Part shown: in pieces, positions 57,276-64,000 of the stretch
Layout of the letters: the number at the start of each line of letters is the position of its first letter
Position numbering within the stretch: position 1 is the first letter of the stretch
Assembly (NCBI GenBank): GCA_965644495.1
Contig: CBFFSA010000006.1
Coordinates: 620,001-684,000, forward strand
Direction: 5' to 3'
DNA length: 64,000 nucleotides
Source of the DNA: Perkinsela sp. CCAP 1560/9
Taxonomy: Eukaryota; Protista; Euglenozoa: Kinetoplastea
The notes under the pieces: model-generated
Told to the model about the DNA's origin: nothing
Databases searched by the model: none
The model's input: only the letters and a program-made list of their open reading frames with translations
Made by a program: the position numbers and the translations under genes

Positions 57276-58097
57276 ATGCAGAATCACGGTATACCTCGAC
57301 ACGTAAAGCTTCACTTCCAGCGCAAGTACGGCCAGCGAAATAAGGCACACGGAGCCTCCACTCCCTGGTGGAAAGGGCCGTGGTACATGCGGCCCATCCT
57401 GGATATCCATCGCTACACCGAGACGCCCCGCGTGCTGTTGGATCGCGATCTCTTCCGCAACAAATGGCTCGCGAGTGTGAATCTCCCGGACAGCAGCCGG
57501 TGGGAGCGCGTGGTTAACGGCGAACGTGTCTCGGAGGACCGCTATTTTCTGGTCGAGGAGGACGGCGAGCGTTTCCCGGTGAACTGGAAAGTGTATGGAG
57601 AACGAGTACAGCGAGAACTTGAGGAGTCCATGGACGCGCTCCCGCAGTACACTCAGCTGCTTTGCGGGTGTCCTGTGAGTTGGCGAAAACTTGACATAGG
57701 GTGTGCGATTCCAAGGGGTATGTCCGTCCGCGAAGCTAAAGTTCAGCTAAAGCTCAAAGCAGGCAAAACGCATCAAATCATTCATCGCTGTTTAGAGCTT
57801 GCTGAGACAAATGCGATTAATCAAAAAGGTCTGGATCGTGATCGGTTACGTGTGGCACGCATTACGTGTTATCGGAGCAAACAAGATGTACAAATTGATA
57901 TCCGTTCAAAGGGATTTTTCGCTTGGAAGACTAAGAAGACGTCGAGTCTTCTCATCACGGTCGCAGAGGACCCGAATATGACGCTACCGGATCGTACCAA
58001 GCTTCCTTGGTGGGTGGAAGATCGACTGGCTCGCAACCAAATTTCCACACAAGCTGTTACTTTGGATGTCCCGGCTCTTACTTCAGAAGGTATTTAA
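57276..58097 (+). CDS. Mitochondrial ribosomal protein uL22m
   Basis: RGMSVREAKVQL…AETNA…GLDRDRLRV…IDIRSKG…SLLITV is an L22 core; polypyrimidine tract and AG immediately upstream. Confidence 0.8.
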   Translation: MQNHGIPRHVKLHFQRKYGQRNKAHGASTPWWKGPWYMRPILDIHRYTETPRVLLDRDLFRNKWLASVNLPDSSRWERVVNGERVSEDRYFLVEEDGERFPVNWKVYGERVQRELEESMDALPQYTQLLCGCPVSWRKLDIGCAIPRGMSVREAKVQLKLKAGKTHQIIHRCLELAETNAINQKGLDRDRLRVARITCYRSKQDVQIDIRSKGFFAWKTKKTSSLLITVAEDPNMTLPDRTKLPWWVEDRLARNQISTQAVTLDVPALTSEGI

Positions 58098-58452
58098 TAA
58101 ACTATGAATGTTTTTCGATTGTAGTAGGCCTGTATATCTATCGCACTTGATATCTTCTTTCACTTTCTAATTCCGAAAACCTTCAAAAGAAATTTCGAGA
58201 AAGAGTATTTCGCATGGAAGTTTTAATACCTTTTACATCTATTCGATGCTTACACACATTTGTGAACTTTATTTAGCTATCTAAGTCGACATATCATATC
58301 CATGGTTAGAATGCTAATAGAACGTGTCATAAGATAAAAGTTGGTTAATTCGTTCATATATATTTTTCGGCTTGCTCTTCTGCATGCATGCATGCATGCA
58401 TTTACGTTTTTGAAATGATCGTCTCCCTTCCTATTATATTAAAAATTCGTTA

Positions 58453-58764
58453 ATGATTCTCCGCAAGATAGCATTCTCACCGTATCGTCGATCTCTTACA
58501 TCTACTCGTACACTACAACATTCAGCTAAACGGTTCTTGTTAATTACAGAAGGTCTTCCGCAAGGCAAGGTTATACCCCGCAAGTTTGACCACCCGCGAC
58601 CTAAGTATGATCCGCCTTCCTGGTTTCAATGTTTTCGAGTGCTCACCGCTTGGTTTCAACTAAATTATTTTCCAAGTTTTTTTCTCGGTCTTGTCTTTAT
58701 TGCATCATGTAATGGGGCATTTTCAACTCCATTTCCACCCGATCCTCATGATTTGTATAAATAG
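58453..58764 (+). CDS. Small single-TM mitochondrial protein (possible respiratory complex subunit)
   Basis: MILRK presequence, one hydrophobic helix, C-terminal PPDPH. Confidence 0.7.
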   Translation: MILRKIAFSPYRRSLTSTRTLQHSAKRFLLITEGLPQGKVIPRKFDHPRPKYDPPSWFQCFRVLTAWFQLNYFPSFFLGLVFIASCNGAFSTPFPPDPHDLYK

Positions 58765-59181
58765 TGCTAAATTTATGTTCAAATGTGCAGTTTTGTTTCC
58801 CGTTCCGGCAGTTGAGGAGATGTGTGCGTATGTTTGTGAATATGTACGAAAGTGTAGTGGTATTTTTAAACTCTTATTATGATTTTCTCCATACGATTGT
58901 TATTTTTAATTGCACTTTTGGAAATTGGTCTGATGGAATCAACAAAATATTTTTTTGTATCACAAAGTACATTTTGCTTTTGAGCACCCCAAATTTTATT
59001 GGAGATAAGGAAAGCTGCGTTTGGTGCCACTATACCCTGCTATGAATAGTATGGCATCTTTTTCTCACAACTTTTATTTGAGTCCCTGAACTAGTTCTGT
59101 TATTTCCTGTTGAAAGCAATTTAAGTCCTTTACATCGATTTTGGTGTCTTTTAAACCTTAATACAGAAATTTTTGTCCAAG

Positions 59182-61059
59182 ATGGATATAACAGCAGAGT
59201 TGCTTCACGGAGCTAGTGTTTCTCGGGATAGACTTGCAGAGTGGCATCACAAATTTAGAGGAAAGCTATTCAATCTGGTTCCCGGTTTCTACGTGCGTTG
59301 CCGCCAAGAGGATTCTACCGAGGGACAATCCGTCTACAAAGTGGCGCGAATTAAATCTATTCGATCCGATTGGAGCATGGAACTAGACCCATTGACCGAA
59401 GAAGATAAGCGACATTTTAGCAAGACGCAAAGTTATACAACAAACTATGATTGCGTGTCAAATTCCAAGATAACTGAAGGAGAGTACGAAGCTTTTCTCT
59501 CACAACTATCTGTTCCACGTACGGATATTCTAACCAGTTGTCTCCGAATGGCAGAAAAGATGTCGCTCATACAAAATATTTTGCTTAAGGATGCAGATTT
59601 TGTCGCAAAACGAAAGGATAAAGACGCGACGCAAGCAAAAGTTTCCGACTCCTCCATTCGAAATGGTTCGAAGCAAGAGGAAAAACTGATATTCAGTACC
59701 AACGTATTACTTCTGAACGAGGAAGGGCAATATGGGACTACAGTTTCCCTCAGTACTCTTCTTCGTCATTCGGCTACTAATCGAAACACGTATTTTGAGC
59801 CTGACACACCGCGTATCAATGCCCTCCCAGTGTTATCTCCGTATATTCCTACTGGAGCAGAAGATCGGATGGCGTCTCATACCACCGGAGTGCTACTGTC
59901 GGAATTGGAAAGCATTGTTGGCTCTCCGACAATACCAATGCCAGATCCCTTCAAACTGACACAGACTATTATGCACGCTGGTAGATCTTCCGCGTACACC
60001 TCTTTTGACTACGGCACGGAGCGCTCTTCGATTGCACAAACAATGAAAACCGTGATGGGTCTCTCAAAAGATTTGCTTTCGAAGGAGCCTCTGTTCTGCA
60101 ATATCACGTCTCCCGTATATGTTTTCGGAGACATTCATGGAAACTTTGCAGATCTGCGCTCTTTTCTTGGTGGTCTTCTTACATTTAACGACTTAATGAT
60201 GCGGTACAGCGAACACTCATTTTTGTTCTTAGGCGATTATGTAGATCGCGGATCATGCTCTTTGGAGTGTATTCTCTACCTCCTTTGTCTGAAACTTCTC
60301 AATCCGAAAAAGGTTTTTCTTCTGCGAGGCAATCACGAGTCACCAGAGGTCAATGGAGATACAGACTGCTACGGATGCACTTCCTTCAAGTTTCAATGCC
60401 AAGAACATTTTGGGCAAGAAGTCGGGTTTGAGCTCTGGGCATTGTGTAATGAGGTGTTCACTCATCTTCCCTTGTGCGCTACGATCGATCAAAAAATATT
60501 CTGTGTTCACGGTGGCATTCCTCAATATAGTGGAGGAAAAGATGATCGTATGGAGATACTCCGCGATTCCAATTTTCCGCGTTTTCCGTTGGTACAGTGT
60601 GACAGTGCAGATAACCGCAAACTTCGAGCTCTGGTGAATGACCTTTTGTGGTCGGACCCTGCCACTTCCCACATAGCGCTCGATGAGCACGGCTTTGGTC
60701 CCAATCCTCGAGGAGCAGATATTCATTCTTTCGGGCCCCAAGCTGTGGACGAGTTCTGCACCCGGTTTGGTTTCCAGTATATCTTTCGGGCGCACCAAGA
60801 AAAGGCTGATGGGCTGAGACTTTCTGATAGCGCTCGTGTGATTACTATTTTTTCTACATCTGATTATGCGGGGCATAGAAACGGGGCAGGGTGCATTTAT
60901 GTAAGTCAGAAGAAGATCCGACTTGTTATAAAGAAACCGCGCCCCGCACGAGCATACTACGCGAATGCTCGTTCTGATCCTTCCAGTGATTCCTATGAGG
61001 ATGAATCAGCACCAAATGGATACAGCGTTCCTGGATCTCCTTCCGTTGGGTCTTTTTGA
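59182..61059 (+). CDS. PPP-family Ser/Thr phosphatase with N-terminal Plus3-like domain
   Basis: GDIHG, GDYVDRG, LRGNHE, HGG, LWSDP, RAHQ, FSTSDY; N-terminal GFYVR…YKVARI…VSNSKITEGEY. Confidence 0.92.
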   Translation: MDITAELLHGASVSRDRLAEWHHKFRGKLFNLVPGFYVRCRQEDSTEGQSVYKVARIKSIRSDWSMELDPLTEEDKRHFSKTQSYTTNYDCVSNSKITEGEYEAFLSQLSVPRTDILTSCLRMAEKMSLIQNILLKDADFVAKRKDKDATQAKVSDSSIRNGSKQEEKLIFSTNVLLLNEEGQYGTTVSLSTLLRHSATNRNTYFEPDTPRINALPVLSPYIPTGAEDRMASHTTGVLLSELESIVGSPTIPMPDPFKLTQTIMHAGRSSAYTSFDYGTERSSIAQTMKTVMGLSKDLLSKEPLFCNITSPVYVFGDIHGNFADLRSFLGGLLTFNDLMMRYSEHSFLFLGDYVDRGSCSLECILYLLCLKLLNPKKVFLLRGNHESPEVNGDTDCYGCTSFKFQCQEHFGQEVGFELWALCNEVFTHLPLCATIDQKIFCVHGGIPQYSGGKDDRMEILRDSNFPRFPLVQCDSADNRKLRALVNDLLWSDPATSHIALDEHGFGPNPRGADIHSFGPQAVDEFCTRFGFQYIFRAHQEKADGLRLSDSARVITIFSTSDYAGHRNGAGCIYVSQKKIRLVIKKPRPARAYYANARSDPSSDSYEDESAPNGYSVPGSPSVGSF

Positions 61060-61422
61060 CGGTATAGATTTTTTTCTTTTAGCATAGCGTAGAAACTTTG
61101 GGGTAATTCGCGATAATAATTGATTCGTACATGTATATAGGACAACCGTTCTTAATATTTTGTGGGGATGCATAAGCAATCAATTCATAGAGTGTTGGGT
61201 TAGAATGAAGAGGTAGAGTGAGCGCATCACGTTTCTTTGGTTTAGTTGTTTGCTCTATTTTCTCCATAAATAAATTTAGAATTATCTAGCGCTCCAGCAA
61301 CGAGCAATGTTCTAACAATGTACCTCGAAATAAAGGCTTTTCTTTACTTTTCCAATAATTCGTCAGTTCTTAGTTCGTAACAGCTTGTTTTTTCTGATAT
61401 ATCAAGTCAAACGTGTTCAACA

Positions 61423-62406
61423 ATGATGCAACGTTCCGCTCGTCTGCTGCATGTGATGCCCCGTCCATTGAGTCCGAAGTTTTATACCATGCTTGATTCG
61501 AACAATTGGATTGGAGCCCTCGAGGTTTATGCTGAGCATCCGTGGCGTGCACCCCCTGCTGATACCTATGAACTCCTTAAACTCATCATGAACCAAACGG
61601 GTATTCGGGCAGAAGACTTGTGCTCACGCTTCGAAGGGCGTATGAAGCATAAGCTAAGACAGAAGCGAAATGCGCACGAGGAAGTAGAATGGGTACGATT
61701 CTGGGAATTGATTAGAGATGGAGAAATAACTGAGGCAATGCGAGGATTAGTGATGGGGAACTCGAGTGCTTCGAAAGGTGACGCGTCTGAAGTAATCTAT
61801 CCCGCTAGGAAACATGACAAAACTAACTTAGTTCTTCTTTGTGGGAAATTTTTGGAGGATGTTGGGATTGAAACTGTTACCCGAATGCCTTACAGTTTTG
61901 TTTCAAGGGCCAATATTGTTAGCGCCGCTTTGGAGTGCGGCCGATTGGAATTAGCCATACGTATGTTAGAATATACTAAACTTACCAAGCGCGAATGTGC
62001 CACAATATGGCCCCTAGTGGGTCAGTTTTCTTGGGTTGGAGGTTTGAAATTTATTGAGGCGAGTCCTCGAAGCTCAATCGATACCTCTGTGGCGCTCCCA
62101 AGCTTGCTTGAAAAAGGTTGTCCAATGCACATCCTAGTGGTGTATTTGGAATTCACTGGAGGTCTTCGAGATCGCATTGTCGTGAATACTCTACTCGAGC
62201 ACGCTGTACGCAAATCTGATTGGGAGTTCGTTCGTCAGGGAATAGCTCACCTGGAAGATATTGACGCTCTTTCTCCACAGGCTCACCGTTGCTTTACACA
62301 GCACGTGGAACTACGTGGAATGGAGGCCATATGTCTTGCTGTCATGCGGGCTGGATTACGCTTTTCGGACCTCACCGTCCAACGCATCGAAAAACTATGT
62401 TCATAA
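61423..62406 (+). CDS. Helical-repeat hypothetical protein, probably mitochondrial
   Basis: 327-aa ORF with a presequence-like N-terminus. Confidence 0.75.
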   Translation: MMQRSARLLHVMPRPLSPKFYTMLDSNNWIGALEVYAEHPWRAPPADTYELLKLIMNQTGIRAEDLCSRFEGRMKHKLRQKRNAHEEVEWVRFWELIRDGEITEAMRGLVMGNSSASKGDASEVIYPARKHDKTNLVLLCGKFLEDVGIETVTRMPYSFVSRANIVSAALECGRLELAIRMLEYTKLTKRECATIWPLVGQFSWVGGLKFIEASPRSSIDTSVALPSLLEKGCPMHILVVYLEFTGGLRDRIVVNTLLEHAVRKSDWEFVRQGIAHLEDIDALSPQAHRCFTQHVELRGMEAICLAVMRAGLRFSDLTVQRIEKLCS

Positions 62407-62680
62407 TTCATGGGTCGGTTTGTTTGTTTTTCACACCGAATGGTCTTGGTATTTTAGTTAAGTAGTTTTCGTATCGCTGGACACTCTTATTCTTTCTGTT
62501 TATTTCTCGGCAAATAAGTTGACTAATTTTCTGTAGACAAAACATGAATCGAGAAATGCCACATCAATTTCTAATTTTTTATTCGATTTGTGAAGGTATC
62601 ACACAGCATTAATTTCTCGACATACATATCCTATTGTTACAATTCGATACAATATGTATGTATAGAATTTTTCTTTTTTT

Positions 62681-63157
62681 GTCTCTTCGTTAAAAGCAGT
62701 GGTTTTTTTCAACTTATAAGTCACTTCGCATTGAAAACTACCTCCGCATTTAATGAAGAGACGAAAACAGATAAATTGTCCAGGCAAGAGAAAGAAACCG
62801 CAGGGATTTGTGCCAAAAAGTAGTCACTTTTTCGCTGAAACTCGGGTTATTTTTCTGTATTTCGCGCGACCATGCCCCCCTTGCTCGGAAAATTGCTCGA
62901 CCATGCCCCCTCTGGCCTCCCTAGACCCCATTTTTTCGAATAGTTTTTTTTCAATTCTCAACTCACCCTGCTGGATCCACCCTACCCCGGACTCCATAAA
63001 GAAGGGAGAGGCAGAGGTTGTAAACAACCCCCGCAATAACGCGTCATTTATGAGCCTAGGTCATAAATTATACTTTGTTTCGTTTTATTTTTTAACTGAT
63101 TTTGTTCATTTTTCTTTAATAATCGAGGGTAAAGTGGTAGTTATACAACCACCGCAA
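62681..63157 (+). repeat. Terminal-hairpin repeat family, copy E (internally deleted)
   Basis: Degenerate hairpin at 62681-62762 and the same 3' end (aatcgagggta…gtagttatacaaccaccgcaa). Confidence 0.8.
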
Positions 63158-63264
63158 CATCGGTAATAAATGTTCTGTCTTTTGAACAATTATACAAAAT
63201 ATTGAACACTACTTTGAACCGCTGATCTGATAGTGTCACAACTATATTTTTTTAGGTACGATTC

Positions 63265-63816
63265 ATGGAATATCCTTCTGGCTCATTTCCAATTGGCCCA
63301 AACGTGTCGGGAGTGTCAAACATGAGTCAACATTGGTCTGCTCGGCGTCAACGAATCCTTGACCAGCTTGTGCCCTGGTGTGCCTCGCGCTGGACTTCCC
63401 TGTCTTTCCTCATCTTGTACTATCTTCGTCGTGTCTACTGGCTTGGAGGGTACTATGTTATCACTTATGGATTAGGAATTTATCTTCTGAATGTTGCACT
63501 AATTTTTCTGACTCCTTTGAATGATCCAGAAGATGAAGATGATGGAAGCTCATCTCTGCCAACCTCAAACGACGAATTTCGTCCATTTGTTCGCCGCCTT
63601 CCCGAGTTCAAGTGTTGGCACATGGCTTTTTCTGCTACCCTTGTAGCTCTTTTCCTCACGCACTTTGAAATGTTTGACATTCCGGTGTTTTGGCCGATTC
63701 TTCTCCTTTATTTTATTGTCCTACTGTTTTTGACCATGAGACAACGCATTCAACACATGCTGCGTTACCGCTACGTACCGTGGACAGCCAATAAAAATTA
63801 TTATGTTTCAACCTAG
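63265..63816 (+). CDS. RER1: Rer1 ER-retrieval receptor
   Basis: GYYVITYGLGIYLLN, DEFRPFVRRLPEFKCW, FDIPVFWPILL, MRQRIQHMLRYRYVPW. Confidence 0.97.
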   Translation: MEYPSGSFPIGPNVSGVSNMSQHWSARRQRILDQLVPWCASRWTSLSFLILYYLRRVYWLGGYYVITYGLGIYLLNVALIFLTPLNDPEDEDDGSSSLPTSNDEFRPFVRRLPEFKCWHMAFSATLVALFLTHFEMFDIPVFWPILLLYFIVLLFLTMRQRIQHMLRYRYVPWTANKNYYVST

Positions 63817-64000
63817 TGAATACTTAATTAATAGGTACACCACTTACTTTGGGATATTAGTATATTTCTCGTGGGGCAGATCGCGCGATAGATCCGCATG
63901 ATTCTCCTTGAAGTGTGCTATTGTTTTCTGTAGTTTTGGTCTCGAAATTATTAGGCACCGATAGAAGCGAACCTGTTCGTTCTCCTCGTCATACTTTCGA

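Overview
Eukaryotic nuclear DNA, most likely from a kinetoplastid and probably a non-trypanosomatid one (inference). About 20 intron-less host genes all lie on the + strand, as in a polycistronic directional gene cluster. They include an RMND1/DUF155 protein, NOP14, TBCD, TBP/TRF4, a type I DnaJ, an acyl-CoA dehydrogenase-like protein, a TPR/MLP-like coiled-coil protein, EndoG with the kinetoplastid SRGH motif, a cyclophilin, an XRN, uL22m, a Plus3-PPP phosphatase fusion and RER1. Two copies of a spliced-leader (SL)-like exon are present. The copy at ~9522 is followed by GT, a hairpin, a T-tract and a GC-rich structured segment. The copy at ~37479 is fused to the 5' end of a decayed CRE/SLACS-type retrotransposon that carries two tandem 2A-like (NPGP) motifs. 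The region ~27.6-50 kb is a nest of mobile elements: Tc1/mariner transposase elements with TA-flanked TIRs, several MITE families, a VIPER/TATE-like tyrosine-recombinase retroelement, and CRE elements. It also holds an unclassified repeat family with a ~95-bp terminal hairpin (6 copies in the window) and a decayed family of Cys-motif ORFs.
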